A stretch of 64,000 nt of DNA, taken from Candidatus Hydrogenedentota bacterium (GTDB taxonomy: Bacteria > Hydrogenedentota > Hydrogenedentia > Hydrogenedentales > SLHB01). Below, one piece after another: positions 47,001-56,764 of this stretch. The first letter of the stretch is position 1; each line of letters opens with the position of its first letter. A model generated the notes under the pieces. The model had not been told where the DNA came from. It was given only the letters and a program-made list of their open reading frames with translations, and did not search any database. The DNA lies in contig CAXXTH010000010.1 of the NCBI GenBank assembly GCA_963668025.2, positions 32,001 through 96,000 of the forward strand. The letters run 5' to 3'. The position numbers and the translations under genes are program-made.

Positions 47001-49408
47001 GCGATATCCCACATCATATTTTTGCAGCGATACATCTTGATTTCGCCAGGCTTCAGGCCTTCCGAAAAATACAAATCGCTTTCCGTGCAATTTTTACATG
47101 CTTCCGGATGCGCCCGGTGAAAATTAAGGCAGATTTCCTGCCATCCCAGGCTGATCAACACTTCGCCCGAGGTGTCGAGAATGGCAAAGCCGATGCCGGA
47201 TAGTTGATGAAAATCGTTCATGAATGACTGGACAGCTTCTACATTAATTACATCCGAGAGCCTGAGATCGCTGAGATCCGCATCGGGCTCCATCAGCGCC
47301 GTCAATTTACGCTGAACCTGCTCCTCGCTCTTGCGCAACGCCTCTTCCGCTTGTTTGCGCTCTGTAATTTCCTGCGTGCTACCATATATGCAGGACACTC
47401 GATTAAGCGCCTCGTCCCATACCGGATGGCCGTAATCACGCAGCCAATGCTCCTGGCCATCCTTATCAGATATGCGAAATTCACAAACATCCGGTCTTCC
47501 CGACAAAAGCGTTTTCCGGTGTTGCTGTTCACGCGCCATATCATCCGGATGCACGATGCTCATTTTTTTGCTAGGAGCACTAAATCCATCAAGAGGAGAA
47601 ACCCCAAATGACAGGGCGCCAGGAGTCGCCCATTCGATTATGCTTTGCCCATCAGGTTCGATACGCAATGCATACGCAAAATCCGAGATCATTTCGGATA
47701 CGACACGATACCGCTCTTCACTTTTGCGGAGGTTCCCGATAAGCTTCTCCCGTTCAACGAGCGCCCGGGCAAGGCGAATGTTCCCGTAGCTTAGCATGGA
47801 GATCAACGTAGCCAATTTGGCTAAAAAGCGCATGGCGATATCGATGTTCTCCCGGCTAAAACGGGGCATCCGGTCAAGCGCTTCCAGATACTTCTCTTCG
47901 TTAAATCCATACCGGCGGGCTTGCTCGATGAATAGCTGGCGGTCGGGCTGTTCATCTTCGAAAAGAAACTGGCCCAGGAAGATATTGCCAATATGCTGCT
48001 CCCCGAAAAATAGGGGCGTCGCGATATCCCACATCATGTTTTTGCAATGATATAATCGGGCCGTTCCGGGCTTCACATCTTGGGTTAAATAGAGATCGCT
48101 CTCCAGGCAATTGCGCTGGGTCTCAGGATGAATCCGGTGAAATTGCGTGCAGATGTCCTGCCATCCCGATGCGACTAGAATCTTGCCCGATGCATCAAGC
48201 ATTGCAATCGGGATCCGGGTCAGTCGGCTAAAATCGTCCATGAACGACTGCATAGCTTTCACATCAACCACGTCCGACAACGTGAGATCGCTCACATCAA
48301 GATCCGGTTCGAGCAAGGCGGCCAGTTTGCGCTGAACCTGCTCTTCGCTTTCGCGCATCGCCTCTTCCGCTTGCTTGCGCTCGGTGATATCCTCGAATAC
48401 GGTCGCGAAACGCTTTTCAGCGGTACGATAGGCTCTGATGGAAAAATGGCGCTTAAGCGGCTCGAAATAACGTTCGAACGTAACCGGCTCTCCTCCAAGG
48501 GCCACTTCTCCATAGATTTCGATATAAGGCGCTCTTTCCGAACCGCTGATTACATCCGTTATGCGCCGCCCGATGATATCGGCTTTTCGCAAACCGGTAT
48601 GCTTTTCGAAAGCGGGATTTACTGCAATAAATTTATAATTGATCGGTTCACCCGAATCATCTAGCACAATTTCATGTATGGCGATGCCGGAATTCGAGTT
48701 TTCCATGAGCAACCGGTTGGCATCCTCACTGGCGTGAAAAGCCTCGGCTGCCTCCAATTTATGCAATGCAAATGCCAGATCGCCCGCTATCTCCACAAAA
48801 AGGGCGCGTTCCTCCACATCATCTATATACTGGGAAGACACGGACACGGCGATTATTCCGTAGCATTTTCCGCTATGATCGAGTGTGTGGATCATGCTCG
48901 AACGTCCGCCATATTGGAAAGAGAGGGGGCAATCCGTGCAATCGGTGGAAGGAAACCTGATGAGCAACTCATGACTTGCCAGCACATCCCGGACACAGGA
49001 GGGGAAATCGCCTTGTTCAAACCGAATGCGCATGGCCTCGAAGCCGCCACCAAAGCCCGAGGACGCGGCCATGTTTGCTTGCCGCCCTTTCTCATCCAGG
49101 AGGGCAATCCAAGCCGTAAAATACCCCAGCGTTTCCGTCAGGTTCACGCACGCCCGCTCGATGAGGCGGCGGCGATCATTCTCATGGGTGATAAGCTGGT
49201 TTACATTTCGTATCGCCAGCAGCACTTGCTTGATGTGGGCCTCACGCGCCTGTGTTTCCGCTAGGCGCGCCTCGAGTTGCTCCTGATTCGCCGCTTCTGC
49301 ATCCGCCGCCTTGGATTGGAGCACATGAAGCATGGCTTCCGCCTCATGCAACCGGCGCTCCAGCTCCTCGTAGGTGGGTTTGCTTTCCTCCATCTCTACC
49401 TTCTCCAT
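44033..49408 (-). CDS. Hybrid sensor kinase GAF-PAS-(PocR-PAS)x2-PAS3-HisKA-HATPase-REC
   Basis: Two WQ.IC..FHR.HPE...NC.ESD...Y.CKNM PocR motifs; AHDLNN, NAQDA, GTGLGL, LLLTDVVMP. Confidence 0.92.
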   Translation of the reverse strand: MEKVEMEESKPTYEELERRLHEAEAMLHVLQSKAADAEAANQEQLEARLAETQAREAHIKQVLLAIRNVNQLITHENDRRRLIERACVNLTETLGYFTAWIALLDEKGRQANMAASSGFGGGFEAMRIRFEQGDFPSCVRDVLASHELLIRFPSTDCTDCPLSFQYGGRSSMIHTLDHSGKCYGIIAVSVSSQYIDDVEERALFVEIAGDLAFALHKLEAAEAFHASEDANRLLMENSNSGIAIHEIVLDDSGEPINYKFIAVNPAFEKHTGLRKADIIGRRITDVISGSERAPYIEIYGEVALGGEPVTFERYFEPLKRHFSIRAYRTAEKRFATVFEDITERKQAEEAMRESEEQVQRKLAALLEPDLDVSDLTLSDVVDVKAMQSFMDDFSRLTRIPIAMLDASGKILVASGWQDICTQFHRIHPETQRNCLESDLYLTQDVKPGTARLYHCKNMMWDIATPLFFGEQHIGNIFLGQFLFEDEQPDRQLFIEQARRYGFNEEKYLEALDRMPRFSRENIDIAMRFLAKLATLISMLSYGNIRLARALVEREKLIGNLRKSEERYRVVSEMISDFAYALRIEPDGQSIIEWATPGALSFGVSPLDGFSAPSKKMSIVHPDDMAREQQHRKTLLSGRPDVCEFRISDKDGQEHWLRDYGHPVWDEALNRVSCIYGSTQEITERKQAEEALRKSEEQVQRKLTALMEPDADLSDLRLSDVINVEAVQSFMNDFHQLSGIGFAILDTSGEVLISLGWQEICLNFHRAHPEACKNCTESDLYFSEGLKPGEIKMYRCKNMMWDIATPMYLGEHLVGNIYIGQFLFDDEEPDRQLFIEQARRYGFDEKKYLEALDRLPRFSRVKIEITMRFLAKLGSLISLLSYGNIRLARALAEREKLLEDLSKSEERYRVVSEIISDFAYALRIEPDGKSIIEWATPGVLSFWAYSIDELNARGGALSIVHSDDISRARQHKEALLSGKPDVCELRVFDKDGQEHWLRNYAHPVWDEERHRVSRIYGSAQDITERKQAEEALRHSEERFRSYVENAHDMVYTLSLEGIFTYVSPNWLKFVGEPANEAVGRSFEYYVHLNEIPACREFFIGVTKRGESLKGVEYRVRRKDGVWRWHTSTGSPLRDSDGNILSYIGISQDITEQRQAEMALQASESRYRQVAETAIEIILVHGMDGQITYINRAGLDFFNCEESEILRRNIKEFIPEEHLDILLKRHAQRLQGEGKALLYELEVTNMDGQRVPVEISSALMEENGVYDRVLIVARDITKRKHAETEHEKMLLAIEQTSEVIVITGADACITYVNPAFERTTGYSWAEVIGQNPRILKSGKQDDAFYQEMWSQLSSGMTWHGQFVNKRKDGTHYTEDVVISPIHDSSGQVVSYVAVKHDITEELRLNAERAALEAQFQQAQKLESVGRLAGGVAHDLNNLLSPILGYGEILLDEFGIEDTRRASVEEIIEAGTRARDLVRQLLAFSRKQVLEFKPIDLNRVLTQFEKLLRRTIREDIAISITYGTALPLIKGDIGQIEQVIMNLAVNAQDAMPQGGILYFETSQACSECGREAVCTNDAHHHQVCLEVRDTGFGMSAITCEHIFEPFFTTKAIDKGTGLGLATVYGIVRQHGGTIHVQSELGGGTVFIIRFPVSHEPMPEEEHMQAAQDNVYGTETILLVEDNEQVKKITQTILRMHGYTVLTAQDGRDALSILEQYDKPVHLLLTDVVMPEMNGPDLYATVAARYPHVKVLYMSGYADNEVAMNGAMVEGENFIHKPFSIKALAAILRKLLDGE
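46321..48360 (-). repeat. Diverged 1020-bp intragenic tandem duplication (PocR-PAS module)
   Basis: CCTCTTCCGCTTG.TTGCGCTC recurs at 46321, 47341 and 48361. Confidence 0.88.
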
Positions 49409-49541
49409 CCACGAGGGTGAACTGTCTTTGCCCTCCTTTCAGTATACACGGCAGGGTACGGTTACAAAAACAAGAAAAATAGGAAAAATATTGCATGCAA
49501 GCCTCATTCATCAACCCGGCCTGCTCCGAAGAAAGCACGGC

Positions 49542-49589
49542 AAAAAATAGTAGGGACGCTGGAGCCATCGCAAATCATTCCAGCGTCCC
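49542..49589 (-). terminator. Probable intrinsic terminator
   Basis: GGGACGCTGGA/TCCAGCGTCCC stem followed on the minus strand by TACTATTTTTT. Confidence 0.55.
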
Positions 49590-49635
49590 CCGCAGAGAAA
49601 AGGGCCTGTCGCGTTGCTGCTTTATGGTTCAGATG

Positions 49636-51204
49636 TCATTCAAACTCCAAGGCGTACAACGAGGCCCCATCCATTTCCACCATCAGTGCAATCGGCGCTC
49701 CATTACATTTAGGAAGTGTTTCTGTTCCGCGCCAGCGGACTTGCATGCGATGGTGGTCGCCCACAATGGGAACCGCATCTTCCCACCCATACCCTGGCAA
49801 GGGCCGATCCCATTCGGCTCCTTCCAAGGCGATACGGATGCTTCCCGCGCGCTTGGTGCGCACATTCACATACAGGCGTTCGCCTGGCGGCTGGAAAGAC
49901 ATCGTCGTAAATGCTCCCCGCTCAGGCGATTCCACGGCGGAGATCCGGCCTCGATGCCACAAGGCGTAGCCCGTGCGCGGATTCCACTTACCCCTTGGGT
50001 ATTTATGGGGCAAGTCATATCCCGTATACGGAAGGGCGAAATCGCCGCCGGGCAATTCCACCAAGTTGGGAGAGGCGAATAGGCAGCCGCCATCCCACGC
50101 GCCAAAAGGAGCGGTTTCGAGCACGGGGCATCCAGGAACACGGTTCCACGCCCTGCCGTCAGGGCTGGTCCAAAACTCCAAGCAGGTGGTATCGGTGCTG
50201 GTGTCCCACACCGCAGGAAACATGGCATGGTGATCGCCTGTTCCTGGCAGCACGGTCCTGCAATTGGTATAAAACACCTCTGACGGGCCTCGTTCCGCGC
50301 CCGGGATCGCTAAGGATTCACTAATGGGAAATCGGCAGAAGTCATCTGATTCCGCCCGGCCAATCGAGCGGCGCAGGCTTGCCCACCAAATCTGTTGCGG
50401 TTCGAGTGCGTCATTGCATGGCTGGACCCGGCCCGGCCAATAGCGCGTATAGCACACATATTTGCCCAGCGCCTTGTCATAATATGCCGTAAGCTGGGTG
50501 TCTGAATGTTCGAGCGCCAGCGGTTCCGGCAGGTCCGTCCATTGCAAGCCATCCGGCGAGACCGCCCCTAGATTGGCAAAAATGTATCCTACATCGGGCC
50601 GCTCGCACCGCACATCGCATTCCCCCGGGCGCGCCGCTTTGCAGGTTTCGTAGGCCTCCCTGCTGATGCCGCCCGTGCCAATCCATTTATAGCGTTCCCC
50701 AGGCTCCGCCACGGGATCGACGAAAACCATTCCCCCCATGCCCGGCAACAGATTGTTATTCTTCGAGCCTTGAAAATTGACTAGGCCTACATCCGGCCGC
50801 CGCCATGCATAGCCGTCATCCGATTCGTAATAACAAAAGAATTGCTGGGCTTCCGATATGTCGCCATGAACCGCCTCGTTGCTGCATGTGCCCCAAGCGC
50901 GGAACAGGCCATTTTCCTGGATGATAGTGTGTATCAAGGTGCGGTTGGCTTCCCATGGCAGCTCTGGCTGCAAAATTGGCCCTGTGCGCACCGCCGGCTG
51001 CGCCTTGATGTGAATGCCCCATGGCCTGGAGAACGTGCGGAAGTGGGCTTCAAACGGCCCTTCATCGCCCGATACGGAAACCAGTTCACCGGCGCTGTTG
51101 TACCATCCGAAATTACAGGGCCGGATATAGGTCCAATCCGTGAAGATGATCCGTTTCCCTTCGAGAATATAGGGCTCACCCCACAGTTGTTTTTTCATTT
51201 GCAT
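49636..51204 (-). CDS. Hypothetical protein, probable GH32/43/130-like beta-propeller
   Basis: Repeated S.DG..W Asp-box-like motifs (YESDDGYAW, SPDGLQW, SPDGRAW). Confidence 0.55.
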   Translation of the reverse strand: MQMKKQLWGEPYILEGKRIIFTDWTYIRPCNFGWYNSAGELVSVSGDEGPFEAHFRTFSRPWGIHIKAQPAVRTGPILQPELPWEANRTLIHTIIQENGLFRAWGTCSNEAVHGDISEAQQFFCYYESDDGYAWRRPDVGLVNFQGSKNNNLLPGMGGMVFVDPVAEPGERYKWIGTGGISREAYETCKAARPGECDVRCERPDVGYIFANLGAVSPDGLQWTDLPEPLALEHSDTQLTAYYDKALGKYVCYTRYWPGRVQPCNDALEPQQIWWASLRRSIGRAESDDFCRFPISESLAIPGAERGPSEVFYTNCRTVLPGTGDHHAMFPAVWDTSTDTTCLEFWTSPDGRAWNRVPGCPVLETAPFGAWDGGCLFASPNLVELPGGDFALPYTGYDLPHKYPRGKWNPRTGYALWHRGRISAVESPERGAFTTMSFQPPGERLYVNVRTKRAGSIRIALEGAEWDRPLPGYGWEDAVPIVGDHHRMQVRWRGTETLPKCNGAPIALMVEMDGASLYALEFE

Positions 51205-51232
51205 GCTTTCATTAACTCCCAATAGGTTATTA

Positions 51233-52165
51233 TTATTGTTCCCCTTCCCAGAAGAGGTGGAATGCTTTCGCAAACTCCGCCTGCAATTCCTGGCTCACGG
51301 GATAATACGGAGCTTTGGTGAGGCCTGAATCTGCAAGAAATCCGCTCAATTGTCCCCGTGCTTTGCCGACTATCCCATGCAAATGCCCCGCATTACGGAT
51401 AGGCTGGGTATAGCGAACTTCCCATTCGAGCAAGCGTTTCTGCATCGCGATGGCCTCGCGCCACTCCTGCGCCAGGCAGTAATCCATACAACGCCTGGTC
51501 CAGTGAGGTAGGGTATTCGCCCAGTAACTGCATGTCCCCGCCGCGCCAAGCATCATTGCGAACACCGTCGTGTAGTCCACCGCCAGATGGGCGATGTCTG
51601 GCGTACTAGAAATAACTTCCGCCATTTCCAATACATTCATGGTGCCCATCTTCGAGCCAATGAGCTGGCGGGGATGAGCCGCGCGAATGCGGGCGTAATC
51701 CACTCCGCGTAACACAGGCTGTGCGCGGACGGTGTTGTAATGGATCCAGCGCGCTTCCGGTGCGGCGGCGGCCAGATCATCCCAGAACTGTTCGACATCG
51801 CCCGGTGCGAGCGGCATCCAGAAAGGAAACGCAATGTGAAAACAGTTGATGCCATGTTCAAGGCAAGCATGAATCCGATCAATAATCCCCTGGGTGCTGC
51901 ACCACGTCACGCCCATGGCCGCGGCCATATTCACTTCCGACATCGCTTGGGCGAATGTTTTCACCATCTCGGTGAATTGCGCCAGCTCCAAGGCGTAGAA
52001 CTCCCCATCGCTATCAGTGGTGTACACACCATCCATAGGTACTCTAGCGCACCGTCCTACATTGATCCGGATGCCGTCGTGATCCAATCCGCCGTCCGAT
52101 TTCCAAGGCGTGGGGATGGCTGCCCATAATCCAGTGATGTCTTGGGGCGTATCAATTTGTTTCAT
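51233..52165 (-). CDS. DapA/NanA-family class I aldolase
   Basis: AIPTPW, TTDSDGEF, PFW, HYN, GSKMG (Schiff-base Lys position). Confidence 0.8.
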   Translation of the reverse strand: MKQIDTPQDITGLWAAIPTPWKSDGGLDHDGIRINVGRCARVPMDGVYTTDSDGEFYALELAQFTEMVKTFAQAMSEVNMAAAMGVTWCSTQGIIDRIHACLEHGINCFHIAFPFWMPLAPGDVEQFWDDLAAAAPEARWIHYNTVRAQPVLRGVDYARIRAAHPRQLIGSKMGTMNVLEMAEVISSTPDIAHLAVDYTTVFAMMLGAAGTCSYWANTLPHWTRRCMDYCLAQEWREAIAMQKRLLEWEVRYTQPIRNAGHLHGIVGKARGQLSGFLADSGLTKAPYYPVSQELQAEFAKAFHLFWEGEQ

Positions 52166-52669
52166 GGCAGATGATTCCTTCTAATGTGTTTTTTATCAAA
52201 TAAAGCGATGAAACCAGCATGGCGAAAATATAGACGGCGTTGATTGCATGCAGCGGCAACGCAGACCTTTGCGCCACTCCCAAATCATACCTTTCCGTTT
52301 CCACTGCTTCACTTCCCGCATAAATGTAACGTCAAACATATCTACCGGCGCTAACTCTCTTACATAATCAAGCAATAGAAGATGGGCGCTTTCATCACGT
52401 TGTTCCTAATCAAATCGATGCACTGTTTGAAGGACGGCTTCAGCGGCATCCACGGAAGGCGCTTCCGCGTATATGAACAACCTGCGGGGATCCAGCGCGT
52501 TGCACAAAATACCGAGTTCATGCGGCAGATCGGCTTGCCCGCCGTGGCTGCCCGCGTAAAGCAACTGGACGGATTTGCCCGCGTCTTGAATGCGCTTGAG
52601 CAATGGCAGCCATTGGCTCGGAAGCGGAGCGCCAGCGCCCTGAATCCATTGAATACAGTTCAACTTTTC

Positions 52670-54197
52670 GTAACACTTTAGCCGTCTGGCGCAACTATAA
52701 GTAGCGTTTCGGTATAATATAGTTACAAGATGTTGTGGTTTTGGGCCAAGACGCCATGGCGACGGCAATAAGTGGCATTCCATTGGGACCGCTGCTCTCG
52801 GAGGAGCAAGCCCGAGCGATCTACGCATTGGGCGAAGATGCCGTGGTGTTTGCCCTGTTGGCGCAATCCAAGCTGCTGTCGGAGCAGCAGGCCGAGGCGG
52901 CGTTCACTTCCCACCAAACGCCCTCCACCCCTTCGGGCATGCAGCCAGTTTACGGGAAACCCCAGACGCCTGTGCGCGGCAAGAAAAAGCCGGGACGCAA
53001 GATGGGCCACCCCGGCAGCCGGCGCGTGCCGCCCGAACGTATCGACCGGCGTGAAACACACCGCACCAAGGTGTGTCCCGACTGCGGCGGGCCGCTGGAC
53101 CGCCGCGCGGAGACCCGCACGCGCTACACCGAAGACATACCCGAAGGCATCCGTCCGGAAATCACCGAGCATACCATTCACCGCGACTGGTGTCCGCGAT
53201 GCAAGAAGAAAGTCGAGCCGGTTGTGGCGGCGGCCTTGCCGGGCGCGACCCTGGGCAACCGGGTGCTGGTCCTCAGCGCGTGGCTGCACTATGTGTTGGG
53301 CAACACGCTTTCGCAAATCGTGGAGGTCTTCGATTTCCACCTGCTTTTCCAGGTCACGCCGGGCGGGCTGCTGCACATGTGGCGCAGGCTGGCGGAGATT
53401 CTCCTGCCTTGGTACGAGGCCATTCACCAGGAAGCGCTGGACTCGGCGGTGCTCAACGCCGACGAGACCGGCTGGCGCGTGAATGGCAAGACCCGATGGC
53501 TGTGGTGTTTCGCCACCAAAGGGCTGAGCTTTTTCCTGATCGACCATTCGCGGGGGAGTCCGGCGCTCCAGCAGTTCTTCACGCGGGAATTCGCCGGAAC
53601 GCTGGTGGCCGACTTCTGGGCCGCGTACAACGCCGTGGCGTGCGCCGCCCGGCAGAAGTGCCTCGTGCATTTGTTGCGCGAACTCGAGCACGTGGAGAAA
53701 TACAAATCGCCCAGCCCGGCCTGGCCCGCCTTCGCCAAAAAGCTGCGCCGCCTGATTGCCGACGCCATCCGGCTGTGGCGGCGGCGCGGCGAGCTCGAAC
53801 CGGAGGCGTACGACTCGCGCCGCGCGCGCTTCGCCCGGCGCTTGCGGGACTTGTGCGATACGCCCTGGGAGGACGCCAACGCCAAGCGCCTCATAAAAAG
53901 GCTGCGCCGACACCAGGATGAACTCTTCACTTTTCTCGGCCAATCAGATGTTCCCTTCGACAACAACTTGGCGGAACGCTCCATCCGTCCTGCCGTTATC
54001 CTGCGCAAAAACAGTTACTGCAACCGCAGCGACCAAGGAGCCGCCATACAAGCGGTGCTCATGAGCGTCTTCTTTACTTTGAAAAAACGCGGGCAAAACC
54101 CCGTCTGCACCGTCTGCAACGCCCTGGTCCACTACCTCAACACCGGCCAATTGCCTCCCCTGCCACCGGAAAACACTTCAGTCGGCTAAAGTGTTAC
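52670..54197 (+). mobile_element. IS66-family single-ORF element (ISBst12-like)
   Basis: TIR GTAACACTTTAGCCG / CGGCTAAAGTGTTAC; 8-bp direct repeat AACTTTTC. Confidence 0.95.
52735..54189 (+). CDS. IS66 transposase TnpC
   Basis: CPDCG/CPRC zinc finger, ADETGW, QKCLVHLLR, DNNLAERSIR. Confidence 0.95.
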   Translation: MVLGQDAMATAISGIPLGPLLSEEQARAIYALGEDAVVFALLAQSKLLSEQQAEAAFTSHQTPSTPSGMQPVYGKPQTPVRGKKKPGRKMGHPGSRRVPPERIDRRETHRTKVCPDCGGPLDRRAETRTRYTEDIPEGIRPEITEHTIHRDWCPRCKKKVEPVVAAALPGATLGNRVLVLSAWLHYVLGNTLSQIVEVFDFHLLFQVTPGGLLHMWRRLAEILLPWYEAIHQEALDSAVLNADETGWRVNGKTRWLWCFATKGLSFFLIDHSRGSPALQQFFTREFAGTLVADFWAAYNAVACAARQKCLVHLLRELEHVEKYKSPSPAWPAFAKKLRRLIADAIRLWRRRGELEPEAYDSRRARFARRLRDLCDTPWEDANAKRLIKRLRRHQDELFTFLGQSDVPFDNNLAERSIRPAVILRKNSYCNRSDQGAAIQAVLMSVFFTLKKRGQNPVCTVCNALVHYLNTGQLPPLPPENTSVG

Positions 54198-55102
54198 AAC
54201 TTTTCAATACGCAGTATTCTATCTAGATGGGCGGCGCAGCCGGGGCCGTCTAAATGGAAAATGCTCACGTCCGCATGGTTGCAGGTTTCCACCGTATCGC
54301 GCCAGCAAAAGGCATCGAACATCCCGGGGCTGATCATGCAGGTGAAATCATTCTGCCCGATGCAGACAAACCGGCGCTGGCTCCAGCCGCCTGTCCAATT
54401 GGTGGTCCCCTGGCCTGCGGGGAGGATAATCTCGGACGCCACATCCACCACATATTTGAACAGCGCCGTCATTTGCTTCATAGCGCGATGGATGGCATCC
54501 GGCTGCGCCAGCAGGTCCATGGCCAGCCGTTCGCCGCCACGGATGGCGCTCAAGGCGTCAATGCCGGTATGCAAATCGGGATAGGGCGTCACCCACTTGT
54601 CTTTGCCCCGCTCGACGCAGCGCCGGAGCATATCGAGATAAAGCCGCCACCAAGGATTATCGGGTGCGATGTGGAACTCGGGAAAATCGTTCCAATCCTC
54701 GACAAAAGGCTTCACCCACGAGGTGTACTCGCGCGGCTTCAGCTCCATCTCCGCGCCAAGCCATGCGGCGAACTGGTCCGGTCCCAGCCAGGGATTGCTG
54801 ATCGGCAAGGCATCGCCGCCATACCACGTCCGGGCAAGCCGGTCTTCCGTGGCGGCCACGAAATAATCGAGGTCCGTCCACAATGCTTCATCGGAACTCG
54901 GCTCCTGTGGAGGCATTCCGGTTTTCGCGTTGGGAACCGTCAGCCACAACAAGGGCGGCCCATCCAGCGCGCCATCCCAGAACGCCTCATTGCGTTCGAG
55001 GGCGCGGTTGAGCTGCTTTTCTTTAATCCAAGGCGTTTGCATGATCTTTCACTTTTTTTGATCCGGCTGCCCTTTTCTGCCGCCACTTCCATGAAAACAG
55101 GC

Positions 55103-56743
55103 CTATTCCATTCGGGCCAGTTCGGCCCACAACGCCGCGCATGCCGCCCATGCCGCAGGCCAGAAGGTTTGATCACGGCCCGCGAAAAGCGCGCTAAGCC
55201 CGAAGGCCTTGTCGCCCATCCACGTGATGGTGTAACCATTATCGAGCTGGTATTGCGTGACTGCATTCGCGGCGGCACAGGTGCGCTCGAGCCAGTGTTC
55301 ATCCTTGGTGAGCCGGTAATAGGCGAGCATGGCGGACGCCCAATGGGCGGTATGAAAATCCATGGGAATCCAGGGCCGCGTCTCCTCGCAGAAACTGCCT
55401 GGATTACTCTGTTCGATACAGACGGGATAATACGTTTCATAGGGGAACAGCGGATCGCTTCCATACAGGCAGAATTGATTGTCGTTCCAATTGAACTGCT
55501 CGCGAACCGCCTCCACCGTATTCGGAGCGATGTCCGGATGCGCGCATAGATAGCGGATGAATTGGAAGAGATCCCAGTTGCACAGCCCTTTATACGGATT
55601 TTCCAGCGTCGCGGTAGCGTCGAAATCATCATAATTCGTGACCCATGCGAAAGTGCGCATGGGGTGGCGCATCATCCAGGCCACGGCCTTCTCGCGGGCG
55701 GCATCCCAGCGGGCATCGGGACGATGCCGGGCAAGCCGTTCCAGAAACGACGCCACGGACACGGCTGAAGTCGCATAATCGCCCAGGACTTCGCCAGTCA
55801 AGCCATCCACGCGCGCGGGCCACGAGCCATCCGGGCGCTGGGTCTTGACATAGTACTCGGCCATGACGAGGGCCGCATCGAGATAGGGCTCCTCTTCGAG
55901 CATCTCGAAAACTTTGACCAAGGCCTCCGCGGCGAGTCCTGTTTTTCCAGGCTCGACCACACGCTGCATTTTCGCGGCGTATTCGCCTTCGGCATCGGCG
56001 TAGCCCAATGCGGGGCCGCCATCGATATTACAACAGCCGCGCATCATGCCTGCGCAGGCATGGCCTTCCGGCAAGCGGCAGAGCAGCAGATGATCACCCA
56101 CGGAGCGCGCGTAACGCAGGATTTGCCCTTGGCGTTTCTGATCCGCCAGCGGCATCAGGTTTTCCAGCATGCACATATGCAGCCAATTGTGCAGGCTGGG
56201 AAAAGAGCGGGCATCCGTGTGGCCGTCAGAGAGGATGATTCCAGCCCGGATCAAAGGCAGGATGCCTGCAATCGGCCCGCTGCGGGCCATGGGTTGATCC
56301 GGTGGGAATTGGAAATGATACAACGCATCAAAAGCGAGCCAGGCCGCGTCGATGTAAGAGCGGCGCGGCGTGGCCGTACCTGCGGGATTATAATCAGGCG
56401 CTACGTAAATCGGGAACAGCCGGCTCAAGGCGATCCGCTTGTCTTCCACATCAAACGCTTGGATGACTACATTCGCTTTTCCGGGTTTGATGCATTCCCA
56501 ACCTTTGGATATATAACAAGGGCTTTCCACGGCCCGCGTAATTCCTAGCACGCTTTCTCCCTGGAGCAGCAGCAATTCATACCGCGCCGCCCCCTCCACC
56601 GGCTTCCATTCCACGCGCGGCGCATGGACATACCGGCGTCCCAGGGCGAAATATCCTGACGGCTCGATTGTCGCCAAAGGCGCGTATGCCTCGATAGACC
56701 GGTAATCCAGCAAGGGAAGCTGGATGATATGACCTGTACTCAT
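55103..56743 (-). CDS. Hypothetical protein, probable (alpha/alpha)-barrel
   Basis: Helical repeats with Q.PDGSW and QLDNG motifs; GGAG RBS; in operon. Confidence 0.5.
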   Translation of the reverse strand: MSTGHIIQLPLLDYRSIEAYAPLATIEPSGYFALGRRYVHAPRVEWKPVEGAARYELLLLQGESVLGITRAVESPCYISKGWECIKPGKANVVIQAFDVEDKRIALSRLFPIYVAPDYNPAGTATPRRSYIDAAWLAFDALYHFQFPPDQPMARSGPIAGILPLIRAGIILSDGHTDARSFPSLHNWLHMCMLENLMPLADQKRQGQILRYARSVGDHLLLCRLPEGHACAGMMRGCCNIDGGPALGYADAEGEYAAKMQRVVEPGKTGLAAEALVKVFEMLEEEPYLDAALVMAEYYVKTQRPDGSWPARVDGLTGEVLGDYATSAVSVASFLERLARHRPDARWDAAREKAVAWMMRHPMRTFAWVTNYDDFDATATLENPYKGLCNWDLFQFIRYLCAHPDIAPNTVEAVREQFNWNDNQFCLYGSDPLFPYETYYPVCIEQSNPGSFCEETRPWIPMDFHTAHWASAMLAYYRLTKDEHWLERTCAAANAVTQYQLDNGYTITWMGDKAFGLSALFAGRDQTFWPAAWAACAALWAELARME

Positions 56744-56764
56744 GTGGACTCCTTCCCCATCAAG

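Larger units (their letters stand above)
52406..55042 (-). pseudogene. UroD/MtaA-like family gene interrupted by IS66
   Basis: 5' part ends ...FHLDGPG...LRIEKL; 3' part resumes EKLNCIQW.QGAG...LLKRIQ.AGKS; IS removal restores the frame. Confidence 0.85.
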
